Assembly: GCA_047605265.1 (NCBI GenBank)
Contig: JASGFY010000008.1
Span: forward strand, 22,678 to 86,677
Length of the DNA stretch: 64,000 bases
From: Solimonas sp.
GTDB taxonomy: Bacteria; Pseudomonadota; Gammaproteobacteria; Nevskiales; Nevskiaceae
Direction: 5' to 3'
Part shown: piece after piece, positions 1-9,748 of the stretch
Numbering within the stretch: position 1 is the first letter of the stretch
Layout of the letters: each line of letters starts with the position of its first letter
Position numbers and translations under genes: made by a program
Notes under the pieces: generated by a model
Databases searched by the model: none
What the model saw: the letters and a program-made list of their open reading frames with translations, nothing else
What the model was told of the DNA's origin: nothing

Positions 1-1
1 G

Positions 2-1147
2 CGCGAGCAGAAAGGCACTGCGCACGCCGTGCAGCAGGCGATGCCGCAGATTCCCGATGCCGCGCAGGTGCTCGTGCTGTACGGCGACGTGCCGCTGGTC
101 CCGGCCGGCACGCTGCGGGAGCTCGTCGCCACCGGCGCCAGGACGCTGGCCGTCGCCACGGTCGAACTGGCCGAACCGTTCGGCTACGGCCGCATCGTCC
201 GCGATCGCGGCGGGCGCGTGACCGGCATCGTCGAGGAAAAGGACGCCACGGCACGGCAGCGCCTGATCCGCGAGGTCAACACCGGCCTGCTCAGCGCGCC
301 CGCGAAAAAGCTGCGCGGCTGGCTCGCCAGGGTGAAGAACCGCAATGCCAAGGGCGAGTACTACCTGACCGACGTCGTTGCGATGGCGGCGAAGGGTGGC
401 CTCAAGGTCGCGACCGTCGGCGCGAGCGCGGCCGACGTCGAAGGCGCCAACGACCGCGCGCAGCTCGCACGTCTCGAGCGCGTGCTGCAGCAGCGCCGCG
501 CGGCTGACTTGATGCAGGCTGGCGTTGCGCTGCGCGATCCGGCGCGCTTCGATCTGCGCGGCACGCTGAAATGCGGCCGCGACGTGACGATCGACGTCGG
601 TTGCGTGTTTGAAGGGGAAGTCGAACTTGGCGACGGCGTGACGCTCGGCCCGTACTGCGTGCTGCGCGACGTGAAGCTCGGTGCCGGCACGATCGTCCAT
701 GCGCATTCGGTGCTCGACGGCTGCGCGGCGGAGGCGGACTGCGTGATCGGTCCGTTCGCGCGCGTGCGGCCGACGACGCAGTTGGCGACCGGCAGCCACG
801 TCGGCAACTTCGTCGAGGTGAAGAACGCGACGCTCGGCGCCGCGACCAAGGCGAATCATCTGGCCTACGTCGGCGATGCGCGGATCGGCGCGCGCACCAA
901 CATCGGCGCCGGCGTCATCACCTGCAATTACGACGGCGTCAGCAAGCACCGCACGCTGATCGGCGACGATGTCTTCGTCGGCTCGGATACGCAGCTGATC
1001 GCGCCGGTGACGGTGCACGACGGTGCGACGATCGGCGCCGGCTCGACGATCACGCGCGACGTGCCCGCCGGCGGCCTGACGATCGCGCGCGCCAGAGAAC
1101 AGAAGACGCTGTCGAACTGGCAGCGGCCGAAGAAGCCGCCGAAGTAG
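2..1147 (+). CDS. glmU: Bifunctional UDP-N-acetylglucosamine pyrophosphorylase/glucosamine-1-phosphate acetyltransferase (5'-truncated by window edge)
   Basis: Frame is open from base 2 (REQKGTAHAVQQA). Contains LYGDVPL, GYGRIVR, EYYLTD, hexapeptide repeats and KANHLAYVGDA/GAGVITCNYDG motifs. Confidence 0.97.
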   Translation, partial: REQKGTAHAVQQAMPQIPDAAQVLVLYGDVPLVPAGTLRELVATGARTLAVATVELAEPFGYGRIVRDRGGRVTGIVEEKDATARQRLIREVNTGLLSAPAKKLRGWLARVKNRNAKGEYYLTDVVAMAAKGGLKVATVGASAADVEGANDRAQLARLERVLQQRRAADLMQAGVALRDPARFDLRGTLKCGRDVTIDVGCVFEGEVELGDGVTLGPYCVLRDVKLGAGTIVHAHSVLDGCAAEADCVIGPFARVRPTTQLATGSHVGNFVEVKNATLGAATKANHLAYVGDARIGARTNIGAGVITCNYDGVSKHRTLIGDDVFVGSDTQLIAPVTVHDGATIGAGSTITRDVPAGGLTIARAREQKTLSNWQRPKKPPK

Positions 1148-1193
1148 GCGGCGCGGTCCGCCGTGCCCTGCGTGCCGGGGCGGGACGGGCAGC

Positions 1194-1664
1194 CTACGGT
1201 TTGTCGCCTTGCGGTGCAGTGGTCGCCGGCGACTTCTCATTCGGCACCGCCGCGGGCCGCGCGTCCGCGCCCATGCCCTTGCGCAGTTCGCGGCCCACGG
1301 CCTTGTTGAGCGCACCGAGTGCGCCGTAGATGCCTTCGCTGATCGCGTCATGGACTTGACGCACGGCGCGCGTCGGAGCCGCAGTCGGCGGGATCGCCTC
1401 GAGGATCGAGAACGGGATGTCGGCGATGCCCAGGTGCACGGCCTTGACCATCGATACGCCGGTGTCGGCCGCATGCTCGATGAGTTCCTGCCCGTCGCGC
1501 CAGCTCGCCAGCGCGGCGAGGCGCTCGCCCTGCTCTCGGCCGCGCGCTTCGGCAGCGGACAGTGCCTGCTCGATCGCCGCCAGCCGGCGCCGCAGCTTCC
1601 AGGCGAGCGCGACGGCGGCGAGCGCGGCGATCAACAGCGCGGCGAGTGCGAGTTCACGCCACAT
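1194..1664 (-). CDS. Hypothetical protein with N-terminal TM helix, coiled coil and amphipathic C-terminal helices
   Basis: 156-aa ORF with a hydrophobic N-terminus. Overlaps the upstream gene by 11 bp, consistent with an operon. Confidence 0.75.
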   Translation of the reverse strand: MWRELALAALLIAALAAVALAWKLRRRLAAIEQALSAAEARGREQGERLAALASWRDGQELIEHAADTGVSMVKAVHLGIADIPFSILEAIPPTAAPTRAVRQVHDAISEGIYGALGALNKAVGRELRKGMGADARPAAVPNEKSPATTAPQGDKP

Positions 1665-1989
1665 GGCAGATCTGCACGCGGGCGTTCACGCCGTGCTTGG
1701 CGATTTCTTCCCGGAGGATTTCGCTGGTCGTCTGGTAGACGATGCGCTCGATCACGCGCGGTACGAACTTGGCACCGATCGCCGCAATCGCCACGCGGCT
1801 GGCGGCCAGCTCGAAGGGGTTGAGAATCTCGACGGTGATCAGCGGTCGCGGCGTGCCATCCGGCGGCAGGGCGGCGGCGAGGCTGGCTCGCGCCTGCAAG
1901 GCGTGCAGACGGCGCTGGAGCTGTAACAGCAGAGCGAGCACCGCGAGCAGCGCAAAGCCGATCGCGGCAACCATCATCCATGGCAGCAT
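1654..1989 (-). CDS. Hypothetical membrane-anchored protein (111 aa)
   Basis: ATG preceded by a GGAG RBS. N-terminal TM helix, then a globular tail LITVEILNP...GVNARVQICHV. Confidence 0.75.
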   Translation of the reverse strand: MLPWMMVAAIGFALLAVLALLLQLQRRLHALQARASLAAALPPDGTPRPLITVEILNPFELAASRVAIAAIGAKFVPRVIERIVYQTTSEILREEIAKHGVNARVQICHVA

Positions 1990-2091
1990 CCCGCTTCTCC
2001 CTTTCGTTGCGGCCCCGGCGGCCGCTGCGCCTACGATATGCGCTCGCCGCGCCGCGCTCCAGCGCGCTGCCGCGGACCGGACTTCCGCGCT

Positions 2092-3408
2092 TCAATGCGC
2101 GCCGGCCATCCGCGGCGGCGGCCGCAGCGCCGACCACAGGCCGAGCGCGACCGCCACCGCGTGGCTGGCGGCGAGGCCGATGGCGGCGCCGAACGCTTCG
2201 AATCGCGGCACCAGCGCCAGCGTCACGAGCACGGCGGTGATCGCCGCGGCATTGAGGATGTGACGCGCGCTGCCGGCGTTCCAGTTCGCGGCGTGGAAGC
2301 GGAACAGCGGACGGCCGAGCGTGGCGAGGGTCTCGGAGACGATCAGCGCGATGTAGACGGCGATCGCCACGCGGTACGACGGCCCGTACTGGTCGAGGGC
2401 CCAGCCGGAGCTGGCGATCAGCGCCGCCGCCAGGATGGCGCAGGCGAGCGAGAGGCCGCTCATCGTCAGCCACAGCTCCGCGCGCCGGCGTTCGCCGCTG
2501 TACTGCCGCCGCTGGCGCAGGAGGCGCGGCGCGACGACGAGGGCGATGACCGGGGTCAGATAGAGAATGACCTGCGCCGAGCGCGTGCTGATCGCGAACA
2601 GCGCCATCTGGCTCGCCGGCACCAGCACGACCAGCAGGCAGAGCGGCGCCCACAGCATGGTCGCGTTGGCGAAGCCGACGGGAGCGCCGTTGTTGATCTC
2701 GGCGTCGATCGCCGTCCACGCCGCGCGCCGTGCGTCGGTCTGCGGCGCCTGCGCGTCCGGAGCGCCGAACACCAGGCGCGCGCAACAGTGCGCGATCAGC
2801 GCGCCGAGGAGACTGCCGCCGAAGAAGATCCACGAAAACAGCGCGAGCGGCGGATCCGGCGGCGCCAGCAGGACGGCCACCAGGATCGCCGCGTTCATCG
2901 CGTAGGCGCTGCAGACCAGGCTCATCAGATAGCGGTTGGCGGCGCGCAGCGCGCCGCCGATCATCTGTGCGTAGCCCGCCAGCGGCAGCGCCAGCACGAA
3001 CGGGACGAAAGTCTGCAGGTAGGGATGCAGGTACTGCGACATCACGTCGAGGTCGGCGGCGATCACCAGCAGTACGGCGCAGATCAGGCAGCAGCGCTTC
3101 ATGAAGCGCGCGCTCAGCGTGCGCAGCATCTCGGCATTGCCGACGCCGGTCTGCCGGCCGAGGCCGGCGACGATATGGCGGCCGAGATAGACGTCGAACT
3201 TGGCGCGCATGAAGGCGGCGCCGGCGATCGTCACGACGAAGCCTTCGAAGAACAGGCCGGTCTCGAACAGCGTCAGGGTCCGTGCGATCGCCAGCGTCGC
3301 GGCGATCTGCAGGACCACGCCAAAGGCGCGAAAGACCGTATCGGCGGCCTTGTGCTGCGCGTGGGGCATGGCCTCGTCCCCGCCTGCCGGTGTCGTCGTC
3401 GCGTTCAT
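2092..3408 (-). CDS. Wzx/MATE-like polysaccharide flippase family membrane protein
   Basis: 438 aa with roughly 12 hydrophobic segments. N-terminal LQIAATLAIARTL and C-terminal LVPRFEAFGAAIG resemble MOP-superfamily flippases. Alternative start at 3369. Confidence 0.6.
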   Translation of the reverse strand: MNATTTPAGGDEAMPHAQHKAADTVFRAFGVVLQIAATLAIARTLTLFETGLFFEGFVVTIAGAAFMRAKFDVYLGRHIVAGLGRQTGVGNAEMLRTLSARFMKRCCLICAVLLVIAADLDVMSQYLHPYLQTFVPFVLALPLAGYAQMIGGALRAANRYLMSLVCSAYAMNAAILVAVLLAPPDPPLALFSWIFFGGSLLGALIAHCCARLVFGAPDAQAPQTDARRAAWTAIDAEINNGAPVGFANATMLWAPLCLLVVLVPASQMALFAISTRSAQVILYLTPVIALVVAPRLLRQRRQYSGERRRAELWLTMSGLSLACAILAAALIASSGWALDQYGPSYRVAIAVYIALIVSETLATLGRPLFRFHAANWNAGSARHILNAAAITAVLVTLALVPRFEAFGAAIGLAASHAVAVALGLWSALRPPPRMAGAH

Positions 3409-3601
3409 TGCGCCTCTCCTGCCTCGTCTGTTCGACGGCTGGCGGATCTGTAGTCAACAGCACTGTTGTCGTCCAGCCCGGACGCACTTTGACACGATTT
3501 GCAGTGGCGGCGGTAGCGGATCCCGCGGCCGCCCGCCCGGGCGCGGAGCGTCCGCGACTCCCGGTAAAATCGCCGCTTACGCCAGTTTTACGGACCCATT
3601 C

Positions 3602-5440
3602 ATGTGCGGAATCGTCGGCGCCATCGCGGCGCGTGATGTCAGCTCCATCCTCATCGAGGGCTTGCGCCGCCTCGAATACCGCGGCTACGACTCGACCGGC
3701 GTCGCGCTGGTCGACGCGCGCGACGGCCTGCAGCTGCGGCGCGCGGTCGGCAAGGTCGCGCGCCTGGAGGACAAGCTGCGGGCGCAGCCGGCCAGCGGCC
3801 CGCTCGGCCTCGCCCATTCGCGCTGGGCGACGCACGGCGGCGTCACCGAGGCCAACGCCCACCCGCACGTCTCCGGCGACCGCATCGCGCTGATCCACAA
3901 CGGCATCATCGAGAACTACGTCGAGCTGAAGAGCGAGCTGATCGGCAAGGGCTATGCGTTCGCGTCGGAAACCGACACCGAGGTCGTCGCGCACCTGATC
4001 CACGATTACGTCCTGCACGGCAACGATCTGACGGCTTCCGTGCGCAAGGCGGTGCGCCGCCTGAAGGGGGCCTACGCCATCGTCGTGTTCGACGCGCAGC
4101 AGCCGGACCGCATCTGCGTCGCGCGCATCGCCAGCCCGCTGGTCATCGGCCTCGGACGGGGCGGCGAGAACTTCGTCGCCTCCGACGTGCAGGCGCTGCT
4201 GCCGGAGACGCGCCGCTTCCAGTTCCTCGAGGAAGGCGACGTGGCCGACATCCGCCGCGACCGCGTGACGATCTGGGACGCCACCGGCGCCGTCGTCGAG
4301 CGCAAGGTGCACGAGTCCTCGCTGTCGGCCGACGCCGTCGAGCGCGGCGAGTACGCGCACTACATGCTCAAGGAAATCTACGAGCAGCCGCGCGCGCTCG
4401 CCGACACGCTGTCCGAGCGTCTCGTCGGCGATCGCGTGCTCGAAGCCGCGCTCGGCCCGCGCGCCGCGCAGATCCTGCCGCAAGTGCAGAGCGTGCACAT
4501 CGTCGCCTGCGGGACGAGCTATCACGCCGGCCTCGTCGCGCGGTACTACCTTGAACAGGGCACGCGCATCCCGTGCACGGTCGAGGTCGCCAGCGAATAC
4601 CGCTACCGCGATCCGGTCGTGCTCCCGGGCACCCTGTTCCTCGCGATCTCGCAATCGGGAGAAACCGCCGATACGCTCGCCGCGCTGCGCGAGGCGGCCA
4701 GGCTCGGCTACGTCGCCACCTGCGCGATCTGCAACGTGCCGGAATCGTCGCTGGTGCGCGAAGCCGATCTGGCGCTGATGACGCGCGCCGGCCCGGAGAT
4801 CGGCGTCGCCTCGACCAAGGCGTTCACCACGCAGCTCGCCGCGCTGGGCATGCTCGGCCTCGCCATCGCGCAGCGCAAGGGCTTCGATCGCCGCACGATC
4901 GCGCAATACGCCCGGCAGATGGCGCAGGTGCCGGAGCTCGTCGAGCACACGCTCAAGCTCGACGCGCAGATCAAGGAATGGGCGAAGCAGTTCGCCGACA
5001 AGCATCACGCTCTATTCCTCGGTCGCGGCCCGAGTTTCCCGGTCGCCCTCGAAGGCGCGCTCAAGCTCAAGGAAATCTCGTATATCCACGCCGAGGCCTA
5101 CGCCGCCGGCGAGCTCAAGCACGGTCCGCTGGCGCTGGTCGACGCCGACATGCCGGTCGTCGCCGTCGCGCCGAACAACGCGCTGCTCGAAAAGCTGAAA
5201 TCGAACCTGCAGGAAGTCCGCGCGCGCGGCGGCCGGCTGTTCGTGTTCGCCGATCCGGACAGCGGCATCGAGCCGGCCGACGGCGTCGAAGTGATGACGA
5301 TGCCCGATCACATCGAAGCGCTGCAGGCGCCGCTGGTCTACACCATTCCGCTGCAACTGCTCGCGTACCACGTCGCGGTGCTGCGCGGCACCGACGTCGA
5401 TCAGCCGCGCAATCTGGCGAAGTCGGTGACGGTGGAGTAG
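3602..5440 (+). CDS. glmS: Glutamine-fructose-6-phosphate aminotransferase
   Basis: MCGIVG N-terminus, LEYRGYDS, HSRWATHG, ELKHGP and C-terminal DVDQPRNLAKSVTVE. True start is ATG 3602. Confidence 0.98.
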   Translation: MCGIVGAIAARDVSSILIEGLRRLEYRGYDSTGVALVDARDGLQLRRAVGKVARLEDKLRAQPASGPLGLAHSRWATHGGVTEANAHPHVSGDRIALIHNGIIENYVELKSELIGKGYAFASETDTEVVAHLIHDYVLHGNDLTASVRKAVRRLKGAYAIVVFDAQQPDRICVARIASPLVIGLGRGGENFVASDVQALLPETRRFQFLEEGDVADIRRDRVTIWDATGAVVERKVHESSLSADAVERGEYAHYMLKEIYEQPRALADTLSERLVGDRVLEAALGPRAAQILPQVQSVHIVACGTSYHAGLVARYYLEQGTRIPCTVEVASEYRYRDPVVLPGTLFLAISQSGETADTLAALREAARLGYVATCAICNVPESSLVREADLALMTRAGPEIGVASTKAFTTQLAALGMLGLAIAQRKGFDRRTIAQYARQMAQVPELVEHTLKLDAQIKEWAKQFADKHHALFLGRGPSFPVALEGALKLKEISYIHAEAYAAGELKHGPLALVDADMPVVAVAPNNALLEKLKSNLQEVRARGGRLFVFADPDSGIEPADGVEVMTMPDHIEALQAPLVYTIPLQLLAYHVAVLRGTDVDQPRNLAKSVTVE

Positions 5441-5470
5441 GGGCGCGCTCTTCGGCAAGCATGATCGTTC
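5405..5470 (+). other. attTn7-equivalent site (3' end of glmS and just downstream); no Tn7 ends seen
   Basis: The conserved PRNLAKSVTVE-coding end of glmS is the TnsD target (established knowledge). No Tn7 end or tns gene follows. Confidence 0.6.
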
Positions 5471-5717
5471 CGGCCGAGAAACAGCGGGAGCGCTTTCCGC
5501 GACTGTGACCGTTTATCGCGGATGGTTTGCGTCTGACCGACGAAGGCTTCGCCTGCGACAACGGTATGCCAAAGAGCCGTATCGTGGGGCGCTCGCTTCG
5601 AAAACGGCAAGCGCGTCGGCAATGGCGGATTGGCGCGCTTGGGCCGAACCTGGCAAGCGGTTCTGAGCCGTCGTCCGCTGAATCGCCGTGAGTGGACGGA
5701 GCGTGCCGGCTGCGTCC

Positions 5718-6287
5718 CTACGCAGGTGCGATGACACGGTCATAGAGGACCTCCGCGACTCGGCTGGCGGGCCAAGGCGCGGGCTGGCGTAGCCACCAGG
5801 ACAGAAGCTCCAGGATGACGGCGACCGACAACGCCGCGGCGAGCTCGGCGGGCAGGGACCGAGCCGTGGCGCGCGTCGGCGCGGCGCGACGGCTTTGCTT
5901 GAGCATCTCCTCGCGTACCTTCGGTGCGGCTCCGCCGGTCAACAGTGCCGACCACAGTGCTCGATGCTCGTCGACATACGTACAGAGCGCCAGGCACGCG
6001 CCGCGCGCGTCGGTGCTGTCGTAGACCGGCAGCGAACGATCCGTCAGGCGCTGTATCTCGACCGAGACGACGGCATCGAGCAGCGCTTCCTTGGACGAAA
6101 AGTGACGGAAAAAGGTGGTGTAGCCGACGTCCGCCTGGCTGCTGATCTCACGCACCGTGATGCTTTCAAAGTCACGCTTTTGCAGCAGATCGAGCAGCGC
6201 GTCGCGCAGATCGTCGCGGCTGCGGCGGACGCGCTGATCGTCCAGGCCGGTGCGCCGCTTCTTGCAATTCGGAATAGTGCGTTCCAA
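5718..6287 (-). CDS. TetR/AcrR family transcriptional regulator
   Basis: HTH motif ITVREISSQADVGYTTFFRHF. TTG start, exact position uncertain. Divergent from the hydrolase. Confidence 0.9.
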   Translation of the reverse strand: MERTIPNCKKRRTGLDDQRVRRSRDDLRDALLDLLQKRDFESITVREISSQADVGYTTFFRHFSSKEALLDAVVSVEIQRLTDRSLPVYDSTDARGACLALCTYVDEHRALWSALLTGGAAPKVREEMLKQSRRAAPTRATARSLPAELAAALSVAVILELLSWWLRQPAPWPASRVAEVLYDRVIAPA

Positions 6288-6319
6288 AATGGATCCAGAA
6301 AAATAACGTGGAGGAGAAA

Positions 6320-7039
6320 ATGGCGGCTTTCGTATTAGTGCACGGCGGCGGCCACGGGGGCTGGTGCTACCGCAAGGTTGCCATATTGCTGCGCGGCGCC
6401 GGTCACGATGTCTACACGCCCACGCTGACCGGCCTGGGCGAGCGGAAGCATCTGCTCACCACGGACACGAATCTGACGACGCACATCAACGACATCGTCA
6501 ATACGCTGATCTATGAAGATCTGCGCGACGTGATTCTCGTCGGCCACAGCTATGGCGGCATGGTGATCACCGGGGTCGCGGATCGCGCGGCCGACCGGAT
6601 CCGGGAACTCGTCTATCTCGATGCCGCACATCCGGCCGACGGCGAATCCCTGGTCGACGTCGCACCGGCCGCGATGGCCTTCGCCCGCAGCTCCTCGCAG
6701 ATCGTCGACGGAATCGAGCTGGTGATGTGGCCCAACGATGCAATGGTGGCCGCAATGGGCGTCAGCGATCCCGCCGACGAGGCGACGCTGCGCGCGAAGA
6801 TGCTGCCGCACCCGTGGAAAGCCTTCGAGGAGCGCCTGCGCTTCGTGAACGGCGACACGGCGCTGCGGATTCCCCGCACGAACATCAACTGCACGGCCAG
6901 CGGGCGCAACGCCCCTGAAGCGGCCCGCGCCAGGCAGCTGGATGGACATCGCAATTTCGAGATCGACACCGGCCACGACCTGATGATGACCGAGCCCCGC
7001 AAAGTGGCGGACATGCTGTTGGAGGTCGCGTCCACGTAA
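6320..7039 (+). CDS. Alpha/beta hydrolase (esterase, methylesterase-like)
   Basis: FVLVHGGGHGGWC, nucleophile elbow GHSYGG and C-terminal TGHDLM. GGAGGA RBS precedes ATG 6320. Confidence 0.92.
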   Translation: MAAFVLVHGGGHGGWCYRKVAILLRGAGHDVYTPTLTGLGERKHLLTTDTNLTTHINDIVNTLIYEDLRDVILVGHSYGGMVITGVADRAADRIRELVYLDAAHPADGESLVDVAPAAMAFARSSSQIVDGIELVMWPNDAMVAAMGVSDPADEATLRAKMLPHPWKAFEERLRFVNGDTALRIPRTNINCTASGRNAPEAARARQLDGHRNFEIDTGHDLMMTEPRKVADMLLEVAST

Positions 7040-7144
7040 GCCGTGCCACTGACGCCGGCTTGGGCGTCGCAATCAAAACATCAGCACTGTGGCGACGACG
7101 CGCTTCGCGGCCGCTCGTCCACAAGAAAAGCTGGAGGAGATGCC

Positions 7145-9748
7145 GTGAAGAATTCGCAAAGCAAACGTTTGTTCGTGCCTGCAGCCCTGCTGCTCACCGG
7201 GATGGCCGCGCACGCGCAGGATGCGGCACCCGTCGCGCCCGAGCCGCCGTCGCCGGCGCCCGCCGCGGACGCGGCTTCTGCCGACCGCGGCCCCGCCGAT
7301 GATGGCGTGGGCGAAGTCATCGTCACCGCACGCCGCGTCGAGGAAAAGCTGCAGGACGTGCCGATCTCGATCACGGTGTTCAATCAGGATCAGCTCAACA
7401 GTCAGAACGTGACGAGCGCGGCGGATCTCGCCAAGGCCACGCCCTCACTGTCGGCCAACGGCAACTTCGGCACCGACAACACCACGTTCGCGATCCGCGG
7501 GTTCGTCCAGGATCCCGGCACGGCCCCCTCGGTCGGCACCTATTTCGCCGATGTGGTGGCGCCACGCGGGCCGACGCAGGGCACCACGGCCGGCGACAGC
7601 CTCGGTGCCGGAGCGTTCTTCGACCTGGCCAATGTGCAGGTTCTCAAGGGGCCGCAGGGTACTTTGTTCGGCCGCAACACCACGGGTGGCGCGGTGCTGC
7701 TGGTACCGCAAAAGCCGACGGCCAGCACCGAGGGTTACCTCGAAGGTTCGCTGGGCAACGATCAGATGCGCCGCATCGAGGGCATGTTCAACACGCCGCT
7801 CGGCAGCAATCTGCGTTTCCGCGTCGCGGCGGATCATCAGGAGCGCGACGGCTATCTGCGCAACATCGGCGGCAGCGGTCCGAGCGACTACAACGATCTC
7901 GGCTATACCGCCATCCGTGCCAGCCTGGTGGCCGATGTTTCCGCCAACGTCGAGAACTACACCATCGCTTCGTACGGCCACTCAAAGAACAAGGGCAGCG
8001 TGCAGAAGCTGATCGCCGCCAACTGCACCGGCTATGACGCCACCGGCGCGGCCGCCTACCAGTACATCAGCAACTTCATCGGCTTGTTCTCCTGTGCCCA
8101 GCTTGCGGACGAGAAGGCCAGGGGTGCCGGTTTCTACGACGTGGAGGGCTCGGCGCAGAGCTCGGTCTCCGAGATCCGGCAATGGCAGGTGATCAACACG
8201 ACCACCTGGAACGCGACTGACGCGCTGACGGTCAAGAACATCGCGAGCTACGCCGAGTTCAAGGACCTTCAGCAAGGCGCCTTCCTGGGCGCCAACTGGC
8301 AGCTCGGCAAACTCCCGGCCGCGTATCAGAACATCTTCCACTACGGCGTTCCGCCCCAGTTCTACACGCTGAACGCGCCGCCGGGCCTCAACACGGCCAA
8401 CCAGTCCACCTACACCGAAGAGCTGCAACTGCAGGGCACGGCCTTCGACAGCCGGCTGAACTTCCAGACAGGCGTTTACCTGGAGTGGAGCGATCCGCTG
8501 GGCGATGTCGGCGCACAGTCGCCGGTGCTGGCGCCCTGCACCGACGTCGGCAGCTTCGCGTGCAGCGATCCGATCGGGCAGACTTTTTCGGAACTGACGG
8601 GCCAAACGGTTCACGTCGGCAGCGTCCACTACACGGTGGGCCAGACTTCGTATCGCGATCAGGGCGTCTACCTGCAGTCGACGTACCCGTTCAACGAATG
8701 GTTCAAGGTGACCGGCGGCATCCGCTACACCTGGGATGAGCAGTCGAACGACTCGACCAGGCTCGTTTACCAGTTCCCAACCACTGCAGAAGACACCGCT
8801 ACACATTTCTGCGAAGACCCCGCTACCGACGACCATGGCTGCGCCGTGCATCTGCAAGAGAAATCCAGCGCGCCGACGTGGCTGGTCGACTTCGACTACA
8901 CACCGACCGATGACCTCTTGCTCTATGCCAAGTACGCCAGGGGCTATCGGGCGGGCGGCGTGTTCGCCAATGCGCCGTCCGATCTGCGCATCTTCGATCC
9001 CGAAAAGGTCGACAACTACGAGCTCGGTTTCAAGAGCACGTTCCGCGGATTCGTGCGCGGCACCTTCAATGTCGCGGCCTTCTACAACGACTTCAGCGAT
9101 CAGCAGGTGCAGGCGGGCTTCAACGCGGCCAGCGCCGGCGGCTCGCCGACCAACGCCATCGTCAACGCGGGCAAGTCACGCATCACCGGCGTGGAAGTGG
9201 AATCGACGCTGGTGCCGATCAGGCATCTGACGTTCCAGTTGAGCTACACCTATCTCGACGCGCAGATTCGCAAGATCGACACGATCAGCACCTCTGACCC
9301 CGACTACGTGCCGGCCACGTCGTCGATTCCGCCGGGCACGGAGTTGTTCCTGTCGCCGAAAAACCGCCTGTCGCTCGGTGCCAGTTACACGCTGCCGCTC
9401 GCCAGGATCGGCCGCATCTCGCTGGGCCTGATCTACAGCTACACCTCATCGCAGAAGACGACCTATACCTACGAAGATCCGGCCAATGCTGCGGCCACCG
9501 CGGCGCTCGGCGGGCGGGACTGGGGCCAGCTCGCCGCGCGTGATCTGCTCAACGCCAACATCGGCTGGGAACAGATCTTCGATTCACCGATGGACCTGCT
9601 GGTCTTCGCGACGAACCTGGCCAACGAAAAGTACTACGCCTATGTTCCAGGCGTCGGCACATCGAGCGGCGGCAGCGCCGAGTTCGCGGCGCTGGGCGAG
9701 CCGCGCATGTACGGCGCGAGGCTGCGCTATCGCTTCGGCGGCAGCTGA
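7145..9748 (+). CDS. TonB-dependent outer membrane receptor
   Basis: GTG start after GGAGGA, signal peptide, TonB box region EVIVTARR, plug motif VLKGPQGTLFGRNTTGGA and C-terminal YGARLRYRF. Confidence 0.95.
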   Translation: MKNSQSKRLFVPAALLLTGMAAHAQDAAPVAPEPPSPAPAADAASADRGPADDGVGEVIVTARRVEEKLQDVPISITVFNQDQLNSQNVTSAADLAKATPSLSANGNFGTDNTTFAIRGFVQDPGTAPSVGTYFADVVAPRGPTQGTTAGDSLGAGAFFDLANVQVLKGPQGTLFGRNTTGGAVLLVPQKPTASTEGYLEGSLGNDQMRRIEGMFNTPLGSNLRFRVAADHQERDGYLRNIGGSGPSDYNDLGYTAIRASLVADVSANVENYTIASYGHSKNKGSVQKLIAANCTGYDATGAAAYQYISNFIGLFSCAQLADEKARGAGFYDVEGSAQSSVSEIRQWQVINTTTWNATDALTVKNIASYAEFKDLQQGAFLGANWQLGKLPAAYQNIFHYGVPPQFYTLNAPPGLNTANQSTYTEELQLQGTAFDSRLNFQTGVYLEWSDPLGDVGAQSPVLAPCTDVGSFACSDPIGQTFSELTGQTVHVGSVHYTVGQTSYRDQGVYLQSTYPFNEWFKVTGGIRYTWDEQSNDSTRLVYQFPTTAEDTATHFCEDPATDDHGCAVHLQEKSSAPTWLVDFDYTPTDDLLLYAKYARGYRAGGVFANAPSDLRIFDPEKVDNYELGFKSTFRGFVRGTFNVAAFYNDFSDQQVQAGFNAASAGGSPTNAIVNAGKSRITGVEVESTLVPIRHLTFQLSYTYLDAQIRKIDTISTSDPDYVPATSSIPPGTELFLSPKNRLSLGASYTLPLARIGRISLGLIYSYTSSQKTTYTYEDPANAAATAALGGRDWGQLAARDLLNANIGWEQIFDSPMDLLVFATNLANEKYYAYVPGVGTSSGGSAEFAALGEPRMYGARLRYRFGGS

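Noticed and set aside
1631-5008. 1125-aa minus-strand ORF and similar very long ORFs (12889-15423, 32293-34521, 35468-36958, 48123-50579, 18762-20801)
   Set aside because: These are antisense or alternative-frame shadows of real genes in high-GC DNA. They are Arg/Ala/Gly-rich with no motifs.
5441-5717. Tn7 end or small ORFs downstream of glmS
   Set aside because: There is no Tn7-like terminal repeat array. Hand translation of the frames gave nothing recognisable.
6271-6285. GGAATAGTGCGTTCC as the TetR operator
   Set aside because: Only 4-bp arms. Plausible by position but too weak to call.
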